A DNA stretch of 64,000 nt, taken from assembly GCA_964594925.1 (NCBI GenBank), contig CAZQOG010000002.1, positions 389 to 64,388 of the forward strand, read 5' to 3'. This stretch comes from an uncultured Desulfohalobiaceae bacterium. GTDB lineage: Bacteria > Desulfobacterota > Desulfovibrionia > Desulfovibrionales > CAZUBS01. Shown piece after piece: positions 48,278-57,082 of this stretch. A program made the position numbers and the translations under genes. Every line of letters starts with the position of its first letter. Within the stretch, counting starts at the first letter, position 1. The notes below the pieces were generated by a model. It was given only the letters and a program-made list of their open reading frames with translations. It was not told the DNA's origin and did no database searches.

Positions 48278-50700
48278 CAGTCCACCTTGATGCTCAGGTG
48301 TTCGGCGAAGCGCTTGAAGGTCTCCACCCAGCGTGCTGCGTCCTGGTCGCCCTTGTTCGAACGGTGGAGCATGTCGGGGTAAACCTCCCGGCTGAGGGAC
48401 AGGAGGATGTTCTGGATCTTCCACAGCTCGATGTCGATCTTCAGGGAGGTGATGAGCCGGTACAGGGTGTCGGCCCGTTCCAGGAGCTCCAGGTCCTGGG
48501 GGTCGTCAGCAAGGCGGCTGAGGTGGTCCTCAAGGCAGTCCGCGGCCAAAAAGCTAAAATCTTCGGTCTTGACCGTGACCGACCAGCGCTTGATCTCGTC
48601 CACGATGCGGGCCAGCTCGTCCATGTCCGGGTCGACCTGCTCCAGCTGGCGGGAGAGGTCCAGGTTGAGGATGAACTCCGCGGTCACGTCCAGGGGGGTG
48701 GGAATGGTGCGGTGCAGATCGAACAGGAAGTTGAGCAGGGCGTGGTTGTGCCCCAGGATCTGGCGGAAGGAGAACTCGATGTCCTCCAGGGTGGAGCTCA
48801 TGATCTCCTCAAGAACCTGCTGCTGCTTGTCCTTGAACAGGTGCCACAAGGTCATGCGGGTGGGGAAATGCTTGTCCAGGATGCGCACGAACTCGGGCAC
48901 GTCTCCGCGGGTGTAGGCCTTCTCCACGTCGGTTGCCATGGCCTGGAAGGCATCCCTGTCCATGGCTTTTCTGATTCCGCTGAGCACGTTGTGGTCCCCG
49001 AAGTGCACCGCGGCAAACCCCAGGGAGGTCTGCTCCCAGGTGATGGTGGAGACAACGCGCACCTGCCCGTAGGCCAGGTTCAGGGCGCCCGCCTTCTTGC
49101 GCTCGAACCTCCCCGGCTCGGCCTGGTAGCAGTAGATACCGATGTCCTCGAGATTGTCCTCGAACAGGGAGGAGATGGCGAAGTGGCCGCCGACCCGGGT
49201 CAGGTCGAGGCGGGCCGGCAGGACCAGCTCCTCGAACACGGTGCGGCCGTTGCCGTACTTCTCGATGTTGCTGGGGGCCTGGGCCAGGATGTCCATGAAC
49301 GGCTGCTGCAGGGGGGTGTCCATCAGCTCCTCCCCGAGCTGGATGGCCCGGGCGGCGTACTGCAGGACCTGGGTGGTCTCGATGCCCGAGATCTCGTCGA
49401 AGAACCAGCCGCAGCTGGTGAAGGAGAGCATGGCAAAACGCTGCATCTCCAGAAGCTTGAGCACCTGCACCGAGTCCTCCGGGGAGAGCTGGCGCTTGGT
49501 GTGGTGGTTCAGAAAGCTTCGCACCGTGTCCTCGGAACGGTCCCGGATGACCTTCAGGTAGTCGTTCCTGGCCTGCCAGGGCTCGTGCAGCAGCTCCCTG
49601 CCCTGCTCCTCGAAGATTGCCGTCAGCTGCTCCTGCAGCCAGTTCACGGCCTGGCGCAAGGGGGCCCGCCAGGCCTGTGTCCAGCCGGGGTGGCCGCCGG
49701 AGTTGCAGCCGCAGTCTCCCTGCCAGCGCTCCACGCCGTGGGCGCAGCTCCAGGAGGAGTCCTCGAAGATCTCAACCTCGTGGGTGGGCGGGTGCTTTTC
49801 CAGGAACTCCCCATAAATGGTGAGCCGCACGTCCTGCTCGGACTGGATGTGGTGCAGGCAGTAGGACAGGGCCATGTCCCCCAGGCGGTGGTGGTGGCCG
49901 TAGGACTCCCCGTCGGTGGCGATGTGCACCATCTGGGGCCGGTCGCGTTCCCCGGACAAGGCGCCGGTGAGACGCTCGGCAAAGCTCTGGCCGTTGTGCA
50001 GCAGCCCGCCAAAGGCGATGTCCTGGGAGATGGGGCCGTCATAGAAGAACAGGCTGATGGATCGTCCCGAGGGCAGCTTGCACAGGTAGGCCCGGGTGGG
50101 ATCGATGGAGGCCTCCTCCACCGAGGTCCACCCCTTCCCGTCAGGTGGCCTGATCCGCCAGGCCTGGTGGGGGGCCAGGATGGTGAAGGTGATGCCCAGC
50201 TCGGCCAGGACGTCCAGCGACTCCAGGTCGACGGCGGTTTCGGGCAGCCACATGCCCTCGGGGAAACGCCCGAAGCGTGACTCGAAGTCGCGGATGCCCC
50301 ACAGGACCTGGGTGTACTTGTCCCTCCTGGTGGCCAGGGGCATGATCATGTGGTTGTAGACCTGGGCCAGGGCGGCCCCGTGGCCGGAGAAGCGCTCCCG
50401 GCTCTGGCGGTCGGCCTCGATGATGGAGGCGTAGGCATCGGGCTGGTTGCGCTCCATCCAGGAGAGCAGGGTGGGCCCGAAGTTGTAGCTGATGTGGGCG
50501 TAGTTGTTGATGATGTCCAGGATCCGGTTCTCGTTGTCCAGGATACGCGAGGCCGCGTTGGGGGCGTAGCACTCCGCGGTGATGCGCTCGTTCCAGTCGT
50601 GGAAGGGGTGGGCCGAGTCCTGGAGCTCGACCTCCTCCAGCCAGGGGTTCTCCCGGGGCGGCTGGTAGAAATGACCGTGGATGCAGATGTATTGTTTCAT
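48277..50700 (-). CDS. glycoside hydrolase family 57 protein with long C-terminal DUF3536-type extension
   Basis: ORF track 48277..50802, trimmed to ATG 50700 (AAGGAAA upstream). MKQYICIHGHFYQPPRENPW and GMWLPETAV are GH57 motifs. About 800 aa total. Confidence 0.85.
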   Translation of the reverse strand: MKQYICIHGHFYQPPRENPWLEEVELQDSAHPFHDWNERITAECYAPNAASRILDNENRILDIINNYAHISYNFGPTLLSWMERNQPDAYASIIEADRQSRERFSGHGAALAQVYNHMIMPLATRRDKYTQVLWGIRDFESRFGRFPEGMWLPETAVDLESLDVLAELGITFTILAPHQAWRIRPPDGKGWTSVEEASIDPTRAYLCKLPSGRSISLFFYDGPISQDIAFGGLLHNGQSFAERLTGALSGERDRPQMVHIATDGESYGHHHRLGDMALSYCLHHIQSEQDVRLTIYGEFLEKHPPTHEVEIFEDSSWSCAHGVERWQGDCGCNSGGHPGWTQAWRAPLRQAVNWLQEQLTAIFEEQGRELLHEPWQARNDYLKVIRDRSEDTVRSFLNHHTKRQLSPEDSVQVLKLLEMQRFAMLSFTSCGWFFDEISGIETTQVLQYAARAIQLGEELMDTPLQQPFMDILAQAPSNIEKYGNGRTVFEELVLPARLDLTRVGGHFAISSLFEDNLEDIGIYCYQAEPGRFERKKAGALNLAYGQVRVVSTITWEQTSLGFAAVHFGDHNVLSGIRKAMDRDAFQAMATDVEKAYTRGDVPEFVRILDKHFPTRMTLWHLFKDKQQQVLEEIMSSTLEDIEFSFRQILGHNHALLNFLFDLHRTIPTPLDVTAEFILNLDLSRQLEQVDPDMDELARIVDEIKRWSVTVKTEDFSFLAADCLEDHLSRLADDPQDLELLERADTLYRLITSLKIDIELWKIQNILLSLSREVYPDMLHRSNKGDQDAARWVETFKRFAEHLSIKVD

Positions 50701-52532
50701 TGGTTTTCCTTGGCTGTGTAGAGCGTGCAGCTGAGCGGGGGCAGTGTGAGGGAGCCGGGACCGTCCAGGATCCCGGGCAGGGAGGGGGCCGTCCCTCCCC
50801 ATCTTTCGTCTTCGGAGTCGAGCCGCTTGACCCAGTGACCGGTTGGCGGATCGAAGTCAAGCTGTCCGGGGGTTCGGCTGAAGTGCATCAGGGCCAGGAA
50901 GCGCCGGCTGCCCCGGCCCCGGGTTACAATCAGGATGTTCCTGTGGTCCATGGTCCTGGCCTGGACAGGGTGTTCCTGGACCTGGGAAAGGGGGTACAGC
51001 TCCCGGCGAAGCCGGAGCAGCTCGCGGTTCCACCCCAGCAGCGCGGCGTGGCGCCCCTGGTTTCGCAGGGACCAGTTCAGCCGGCTGCGCTGAAAGGTGG
51101 CCTCGCTCTGGGGATCGGGGGGTTCGCCCTGCCAGTCGAAGGAGCTGAACTCGGCAGCGCGGCCCCGGCGCACCGCCGCGACCAGGTCCGGGTCTGTGTG
51201 GCTGACGAAGTAGAGAAAAGGGGCCTCTTCCCCATACTCCTCCCCCATGAAGAGCATGGGCACGAAGGGGGAGAGCAGGACGCAGGCGGTGGACAGCTTC
51301 AGCCCGGCAAAGGGGATCAGCCCGGACAGGCGCTCCCCGAGCATGCGGTTGCCGACCTGGTCGTGGTTCTGGGCACAGACCACGAAACAGTGCCCGGGCA
51401 GGTCCGAGGCGTCGTTGCCGTGCCGGCGCTGCCGGAAGGGGGAGTAGCCGCCGTGGTAGACATAGCGCTCCTCGTGGGCCGCGGCCAGGTGGCTGATGTG
51501 CCCGAAGTCCTGGTAGTAGCCCTGGCTCTCCCTGGTGAGCAGGGTGTGCAGGGCGTGGTGGAAATCGTCGGACCACTGGGCGTCCAGGCCGTACCCTCCT
51601 GTGGCGGACGGTCGGATGAGCCTGGAGTCGTTGCGGTCGCTCTCCGCGATGAGCAGGCAGCCGCGGCCGAGCCGCTTTTCCAGCAGGGAGGTCTCCCGGG
51701 CCAGCTGGTGCAGAAAGTGGTCGGCGCTGTGGTCGAAGATGGCGTGCACCGCGTCCAGGCGCAGCCCGTCCAGGCGGTAGTGCTCGAACCAGTGCAGGGC
51801 GTTGCCGATGAAGAACTCCCGCACGCCGTCGCTGTGGGGTCCGTCGAAGTTGACGGCCTGGCCCCAGGGGGTGCGGTAGCGGTCGGTGAAGTAGGGGCCG
51901 AAGTCGTGCAGGTAGTTTCCCTCGGGTCCGAGGTGGTTGTAGACCACGTCGAGCACCACGTTCATGGTGCGCTGGTGGCAGGCGTCCACCAGGGCCTTGA
52001 GTCCCGCGGGCCCCCCGTAGGAGTTCTGCACGGCATAGGGGTGGACCCCGTCGTAGCCCCAGTTGCGGGATCCGGGGAACTGGGCCACCGGCATCAGGCT
52101 CAGGGTGTTCACTCCCAGGTCGCGCAGTTCGTCCAGGCGGGGGATGACGGCACGGAAGGTCCCTTCCGGGGTGAAGGCCCCCACGTGCAGCTCGTAGAGC
52201 ACCATCTCCTGCAGGGGGATCCGGCGCCAGTGGGGGCAGGCCCAATCATAGGAAAGGTGGTCCACCACTTGTGAAGGCTGGTGTACGCCGTCCGGCTGGA
52301 AGTGCGAGGCGGGATCGGGACGTTGGGTCTCCCCGTCCAGGACCAGGAGGTAACGCGCCTCCGGGTCCTGGCCTCCACAGGTGAGGCGCCAGTATCCTCG
52401 AGGGCCGCGTTCCAGGGGAAGAGTGAGCTCTTCTGGAGTCAGTATCTTGAGGGAAACCTTCTTGCGCAGGGGCGCCCAGACAGTGAAGGTGCAGGAACCG
52501 TCGTCGTGAAATGTCGGTCCAAGTCGGGGCAT
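50697..52532 (-). CDS. treZ: malto-oligosyltrehalose trehalohydrolase
   Basis: ORF track 50697..52589, trimmed to ATG 52532. GH13 blocks VVLDVVYNHLGPEGNYL, GLRLDAVHAI, FVVCAQNHDQVGNR. Confidence 0.9.
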   Translation of the reverse strand: MPRLGPTFHDDGSCTFTVWAPLRKKVSLKILTPEELTLPLERGPRGYWRLTCGGQDPEARYLLVLDGETQRPDPASHFQPDGVHQPSQVVDHLSYDWACPHWRRIPLQEMVLYELHVGAFTPEGTFRAVIPRLDELRDLGVNTLSLMPVAQFPGSRNWGYDGVHPYAVQNSYGGPAGLKALVDACHQRTMNVVLDVVYNHLGPEGNYLHDFGPYFTDRYRTPWGQAVNFDGPHSDGVREFFIGNALHWFEHYRLDGLRLDAVHAIFDHSADHFLHQLARETSLLEKRLGRGCLLIAESDRNDSRLIRPSATGGYGLDAQWSDDFHHALHTLLTRESQGYYQDFGHISHLAAAHEERYVYHGGYSPFRQRRHGNDASDLPGHCFVVCAQNHDQVGNRMLGERLSGLIPFAGLKLSTACVLLSPFVPMLFMGEEYGEEAPFLYFVSHTDPDLVAAVRRGRAAEFSSFDWQGEPPDPQSEATFQRSRLNWSLRNQGRHAALLGWNRELLRLRRELYPLSQVQEHPVQARTMDHRNILIVTRGRGSRRFLALMHFSRTPGQLDFDPPTGHWVKRLDSEDERWGGTAPSLPGILDGPGSLTLPPLSCTLYTAKENQ

Positions 52533-52738
52533 GAGAAACCTTTTGCTGCGGGGTTGCCGAACAACGGGGCCGGGGTTTACAAACGACACAAAAGATACCC
52601 ATCAAAATGATACTGTGCAACAGAATGGTGCAAAGGACAAATGACAAAATGAGGCAGGCACGGGTCTGATCGGTCCGATTCCTCAGGCCCCCCGATGCCC
52701 TTCCTCTGTCCCCTCCACCAACCTCAGAGACAACCGCC

Positions 52739-53881
52739 ATGCCAAGCCACCGCTTTCTCCGTCTGCCTGTCCTTTTTCTGCTCCTCGCCCTGCTGTCCTG
52801 CGGGGGGCGGCAGGAGCCGGTCTGGTGGGACAGTGCCCTGGACCAGGAGCTGGACAGGGAGATCGGCCAGATGCTCCTGGTCGGTTTCAGGGGGCAGACC
52901 CTGGACCGCGGCTCGAGCCTGGCGCGGGACCTGGAGCGGCTGCACATCGGGGGGGTGATCCTGTTCGACTACGATGTGGAGCTCAAGAAGCCGGGCCGGA
53001 ACATTCACAGCCCCGAGCAGGTGCGCCGGTTGACGCGCCGGCTCCAGTCCCTGGCCCGGACGCCCCTGTTCGTCGCCGTGGACCAGGAGGGGGGGCGGGT
53101 CACCCGTCTCAAGCCCGAGTATGGATTTGCGCCCCTGCCCTCTGCCGCGGAAATGGGCAAGGGCCGGTCCCAGAGGACGGAGCAGCTGGCTGCGGCAATG
53201 GCCCGGACCATGGCCGAGCTGGGAATCAACCTGGACTTTGCTCCGGTCCTGGATCTGAACGTCAACCCGGACAGCCCGGTCATCGGCAAGCTGGGGCGCA
53301 GCTTCGGCCGCGACCCGGAACGGGTCGCGGCCCACGGGCAGGCCTTTGTGCAGGGGCTCCACCGGGGCGGGGTCCTGGCCTGCGTCAAGCATTTCCCGGG
53401 CCACGGCAGCAGCCTGGCCGACTCCCACCAGGGCTTCACCGATGTCAGCGCCACCTGGTCGCGGGAGGAGCTGGAGCCCTTTGCCGCCCTGATCCGCTCC
53501 GGAGAGTGCGACATGGTCATGACCGGCCACCTCTTCAACAGCCGTCTGGACCCCCGGCATCCCGCCACCCTGTCGCGCAAGACCATCACAGGCCTGCTGC
53601 GCGGGGCCCTGGGCTTCGACGGGGTGGTGGTCACCGACGACCTGCAGATGGGGGCCATCAGCCGCCACTACGGCATGGAGCAGGCCATGGAGCTGGCCGT
53701 GAACGCCGGGGCGGACATCCTGCTCCTGGGCAACAACCTGGAGTACGACCCCAACATGGCCCGCAGGGCCCACTCCATCGTGAAGAAGCTGGTGCGGGAG
53801 GAAAAGATTTCCCGGTCCCGTATCAAGGAATCCTACGAGCGCATAATGCGACTGAAGTCACGGTTGGGGGCAGCGGGCTGA
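52739..53881 (+). CDS. glycoside hydrolase family 3 lipoprotein (NagZ-like beta-N-acetylhexosaminidase)
   Basis: 380-aa ORF with lipobox LLLALLSCGG. GH3 motifs FVAVDQEGGRV and VKHFPGHGSSLADSH. Confidence 0.85.
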   Translation: MPSHRFLRLPVLFLLLALLSCGGRQEPVWWDSALDQELDREIGQMLLVGFRGQTLDRGSSLARDLERLHIGGVILFDYDVELKKPGRNIHSPEQVRRLTRRLQSLARTPLFVAVDQEGGRVTRLKPEYGFAPLPSAAEMGKGRSQRTEQLAAAMARTMAELGINLDFAPVLDLNVNPDSPVIGKLGRSFGRDPERVAAHGQAFVQGLHRGGVLACVKHFPGHGSSLADSHQGFTDVSATWSREELEPFAALIRSGECDMVMTGHLFNSRLDPRHPATLSRKTITGLLRGALGFDGVVVTDDLQMGAISRHYGMEQAMELAVNAGADILLLGNNLEYDPNMARRAHSIVKKLVREEKISRSRIKESYERIMRLKSRLGAAG

Positions 53882-53916
53882 TCCGTCCGATCCGACGGAT
53901 CGGTGCGGTGCAGGCG

Positions 53917-54342
53917 TCATCCCCCCCGGCACTCCTCGCACACGCCGTCCAGGCGGATCTCCACGCTGTGAACCTCGAGCGCTCCCTCTTGCTTGAGCCT
54001 GGCGACCTCCGCCGGGACCCGGGAGGTGGGTAAGCAGCGCATCTCCCGGCAGGAGGTGCAGTAGAAGTGGCAGCGCACGCCATGGGAACGGTCGGCCAGG
54101 CAGTAGCGGAAGACCCGGTCCCCGCCGCTGTGACGCCAGACCAGCCCTTCTTCCACCAACAGGTCCAGGATGCGGTACAGGGTGACCTTGTTCATGGCCG
54201 CCTCGGGGGGGATGCCGGCCAGGATCTCCTGGGCCTGCAACGGGGAGTGGCTGGCGGCGATGACCGTCAGTACCCGCACCCGGCAGGGGGTGGGCTCCAC
54301 CCCGCTTTGGTGCAGAAGATCCCTGAGGCGCTTCTCCCCCAT
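53917..54342 (-). CDS. zur: Fur-family zinc uptake regulator
   Basis: 141 codons within track ORF 53917..54771. RVRVLTVIAAS...KVTLYRILDLLVEEGLV (winged helix), HFYCTSC...CEEC metal sites. Last gene of the znu operon. Confidence 0.85.
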   Translation of the reverse strand: MGEKRLRDLLHQSGVEPTPCRVRVLTVIAASHSPLQAQEILAGIPPEAAMNKVTLYRILDLLVEEGLVWRHSGGDRVFRYCLADRSHGVRCHFYCTSCREMRCLPTSRVPAEVARLKQEGALEVHSVEIRLDGVCEECRGG

Positions 54343-54347
54343 CCTGC

Positions 54348-55175
54348 TCAGGCCCCCAGGGGACGTTTTCCCCGCACACCCAGGCCCAGGACAACGAGAA
54401 ACACCGCCGTGGCTACGGCAATGATCGCGGCCCCCGAGGTCAGGTCGAGGAGGTAGGCCAGGGTCAGCCCGCCCAGGCAGAACAGGGCGCTCAACCCCGA
54501 AGCCATGAGCATCATGGCGGCCAGGGAGGTGGTCAGGCGTTCGGCCAGGTGTGCCGGGATGGTCAGCAGGGCGATGACCAGGATCAACCCGACCACCCGG
54601 ATGATCATGACCACGGAAACGGCCACCAGGGACAGCAGGAGGAAATGGAGCAGGGTCACGGGAACCCCCCGGGTGGCGGCGAACTCCCTGTCGAAGGAAA
54701 AGGCCTGCAGGTCGCGGTAGAACCAGCCCACCGCGGCCAGGACCACCAGGACCAGCCCGGCCATGAGCCACAGGTCGCTTGCGGGCACCGCCAGGAGGCT
54801 CCCGAACAGGTAGCTCATCAGGTCCACGTTGTAGCCGGGGGTGAGGTCGAGCAGGATGATCCCCAGGGCCATGCCAGCGGCCCAGATCGTGCCGATCAAG
54901 GTGTCGGTGCGATCCTGGCGTTTGAGGGTCAGGCCGCCCATAATCAGGGACGCCCCCAGGGTGAAGCCCACGGTGCTGGGCAGGACAGGCAGGCCAAAGT
55001 AAAAGGCCAGGCCCACGCCACCGTAGGCGGCGTGGGCAATGCCTCCGGACATGAACACCAGCCTGTTGACCACCACCAGGGAGCCGATCATGCCGCAGGC
55101 CAGGCTGGCCAGCAGGGAGGCAACCAGGGCGTGCTGCATGAACGGAAGGGAAAAGGCCTGGATCAGCTCAGCCAT
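54348..55175 (-). CDS. znuB: zinc/manganese ABC transporter permease (ABC-3 family)
   Basis: 275-aa polytopic ORF MAELIQAFSLPFMQHALVASLL..., typical of ZnuB/TroCD. Confidence 0.88.
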   Translation of the reverse strand: MAELIQAFSLPFMQHALVASLLASLACGMIGSLVVVNRLVFMSGGIAHAAYGGVGLAFYFGLPVLPSTVGFTLGASLIMGGLTLKRQDRTDTLIGTIWAAGMALGIILLDLTPGYNVDLMSYLFGSLLAVPASDLWLMAGLVLVVLAAVGWFYRDLQAFSFDREFAATRGVPVTLLHFLLLSLVAVSVVMIIRVVGLILVIALLTIPAHLAERLTTSLAAMMLMASGLSALFCLGGLTLAYLLDLTSGAAIIAVATAVFLVVLGLGVRGKRPLGA

Positions 55176-55954
55176 GCGCCGATCTCCGGGAGCTTCCCGG
55201 CCCGGTCCTGAAAGTAGGCCCCGGCCGGACAGGAATGGGGGTCGTGGGAGCCGTACAGCAGGGTGACCATCTCCTCGGTGAGCTCGGGTTTGTCGCTGAA
55301 GGCCAGCCGCCGGTTGACACAGGCCAGGCTGGTCAGCCTGGAGGCCAGGACGCTCATGTCGTGGCTGACGATGAGGATGGTGATGTCCCGGCGCAGCTCC
55401 TGCAGGAATTGAAAGAAGCAGAACCTGCCCCGGGGGTCGATGTTTGAGGTGGGTTCGTCCAGGATGAGCAGGTCGGGGTCCGCGACCAGGGAGCGGGCGA
55501 TGAGCACCCGCTGGCGCTGGCCTCCGGAGAGCTCGTTGATGTGGAGGCGGCCGGCCTGCTCCATTCCGACCCGTGCAAGGGCCTCCTGGGCGCGTTCCCG
55601 GTCTTTGGAGGAATAGCGCCAGCGACGTCTGCCAAGGTTCACCCGTCCCATGAGCACGATCTCCTCGACCGCTATGGGGAAGTCGGGACGAATGTGCTGG
55701 TGCTGGGGGACATAGCCGATGCGGTGGGCGGCTTTCCCGGGCCGGCCGCCAAAAACCCGCACGGTTCCGCTGTCCGGCTTGAGCAGCCCCAGCAGGATCT
55801 TGACCAGGGTGGTCTTGCCCCCGCCGTTGGGTCCGATCAGGCCCATGAACTCCCCGGATGCGACCCGGAGATCGACGTCTTCCAGAACCTGCTCCCCATT
55901 GTAGGAAAAGTTCAGTTTCCGGACCTCGACGGCAGGTGTGCCGGTGCTGCCCAT
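55163..55954 (-). CDS. znuC: zinc ABC transporter ATP-binding protein
   Basis: Walker A GPNGGGKTT, signature LSGGQRQRVLIARS, Walker B LILDEPTSNID. Confidence 0.9.
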   Translation of the reverse strand: MGSTGTPAVEVRKLNFSYNGEQVLEDVDLRVASGEFMGLIGPNGGGKTTLVKILLGLLKPDSGTVRVFGGRPGKAAHRIGYVPQHQHIRPDFPIAVEEIVLMGRVNLGRRRWRYSSKDRERAQEALARVGMEQAGRLHINELSGGQRQRVLIARSLVADPDLLILDEPTSNIDPRGRFCFFQFLQELRRDITILIVSHDMSVLASRLTSLACVNRRLAFSDKPELTEEMVTLLYGSHDPHSCPAGAYFQDRAGKLPEIGAWLS

Positions 55955-55955
55955 G

Positions 55956-56837
55956 TCAGTCCAGGGCCTTGCGCAGAGCCCGGGCCACGCTCAGCAGGTT
56001 GTCGTTCCAGTCCCGGGCCAGAGGGTCGGCGACCACCACCTCGGCTCCAATGGCCCCGGCAATGGTTTCGGCACTCTTGCGGGAGAACTGCGGCTGCACG
56101 AAAATGGTGCTCACGGCGTGCTCGCGGGCTTGCTCCATGAGCTGGGACAACTCTCTGGGGCTGGGTTCCCCTCCCTGGATTTCGATGGCCATCTGCTCGA
56201 GACCGTAGGTCCGGGCGAAGTATCCCCAGGAGGGGTGGAAGACCATGAATGCCCCGCCTGTGACCGGGGTCAGGATCTCGCGGATCAGGCGGTCCAGGGT
56301 GTCCAGCTCTCCGCGGAACAGCTCGAACTGGGCGGAGTAGTGGCCGGAGTTGGCCGGGTCCAGCCGGGACAAGGCCTCCATGATGACCCGGGCCTGGGTC
56401 TTGACCAGGGGCGGGGCGAGCCAGATGTGCGGATCCGGGATGCCGTGGTCCCCTGCGTGGCGGTGCTTTTCCTTCCCCTGCTCATGATGACCGTGGGCCT
56501 GCATGGGCATGCGCTCGACCGCGTCCTCGGTGTGCACGATGCGCATGGTCGGATTGGCCGCGGCGATCCGGTCCAGCCAGACCCGCTCGAACGGGACCCC
56601 AACGGCAAAGTAGAGCGAGGCTTCAGCCAGGGCGGTCATCTGCCGGGGCCGCGGCTCATAGGTGGCCGGGCTGGCCCCGGGCGGCACCAGGAACTCCACG
56701 TCCACGTACTCCCCCCCGATGCGTTCGACAAAGGTCTTCTGGGGGGGGATGCTGACAAAGACCTTGAGGGGAGCGGCCCAAAGGCTCGAGGCAGAGAGCA
56801 GGATCAGGGCGCAGGCCAGGAGTATGCAACGGGGCAC
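55956..56837 (-). CDS. znuA: periplasmic zinc-binding protein (cluster-9/TroA family) with His-rich loop
   Basis: GTG start behind GGAGAA and a signal peptide. His-rich insert HGHHEQGKEKHRHAGDHGIPDPHIW is characteristic of ZnuA. Confidence 0.88.
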   Translation of the reverse strand: MPRCILLACALILLSASSLWAAPLKVFVSIPPQKTFVERIGGEYVDVEFLVPPGASPATYEPRPRQMTALAEASLYFAVGVPFERVWLDRIAAANPTMRIVHTEDAVERMPMQAHGHHEQGKEKHRHAGDHGIPDPHIWLAPPLVKTQARVIMEALSRLDPANSGHYSAQFELFRGELDTLDRLIREILTPVTGGAFMVFHPSWGYFARTYGLEQMAIEIQGGEPSPRELSQLMEQAREHAVSTIFVQPQFSRKSAETIAGAIGAEVVVADPLARDWNDNLLSVARALRKALD

Positions 56838-56874
56838 GGGAGTTCTCCGGTTGGTGTTGGTGTGTCACTGTCTC

Positions 56875-56907
56875 ACAGCCCAATGCAACAGAGTTGCATT
56901 GGGCTGT
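56875..56907. promoter_or_regulatory. Zur operator candidate: perfect 15+15 palindrome around ATGCAAC-aga-GTTGCAT
   Basis: acagcccaatgcaac aga gttgcattgggctgt, 38-70 nt upstream of the znuA start. The core matches the ATGCAAC-N3-GTTGCAT Zur motif I recall for Desulfovibrio znu operons. Confidence 0.7.
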
Positions 56908-56933
56908 CAAGAAGGAGTCGCCGGCTGAAAGGC

Positions 56934-57068
56934 AATAGGACTGATAGGACCGATAGGACGGATAGGACCGATAGGACCGGCGAAAATCACTTTCGTCCTA
57001 TCGTCCCATAGTCCTATGGGGGGGGTCCTATCCGTCCTATCCGTCCTATCGGTCCTATCCGTCCTACC
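56934..57068. repeat. inverted arrays of a 9-nt tandem repeat (GATAGGACC)
   Basis: 56934-56978: aataggact gataggacc gataggacg gataggacc gataggacc. A 14-nt spacer follows, then 56995-57068: gtcctatcg ... gtcctatcc gtcctatcc gtcctatcg gtcctatcc gtcctacc, interrupted by cccatag-tc-ctatggg. Confidence 0.9.
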
Positions 57069-57082
57069 ACAGCCCCCCCCCC

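Noticed and set aside
45536-52274. Series of long plus-strand ORFs (45536..48043, 48298..50280, 50700..52274)
   Set aside because: They are antisense to treY, the GH57 gene and treZ. They have no motifs and typical GC-shadow composition.
56934-57068. Possible CRISPR array
   Set aside because: The units are only 9 nt and directly abutting, with no unique spacers. The two halves are inverted relative to each other. No cas genes are nearby.
57073-57082. C10/G10 homopolymer as a phase-variation switch for cls
   Set aside because: The tract lies immediately after the cls stop codon, so slippage would not change the reading frame. I mention it only as part of the repeat-rich spacer.
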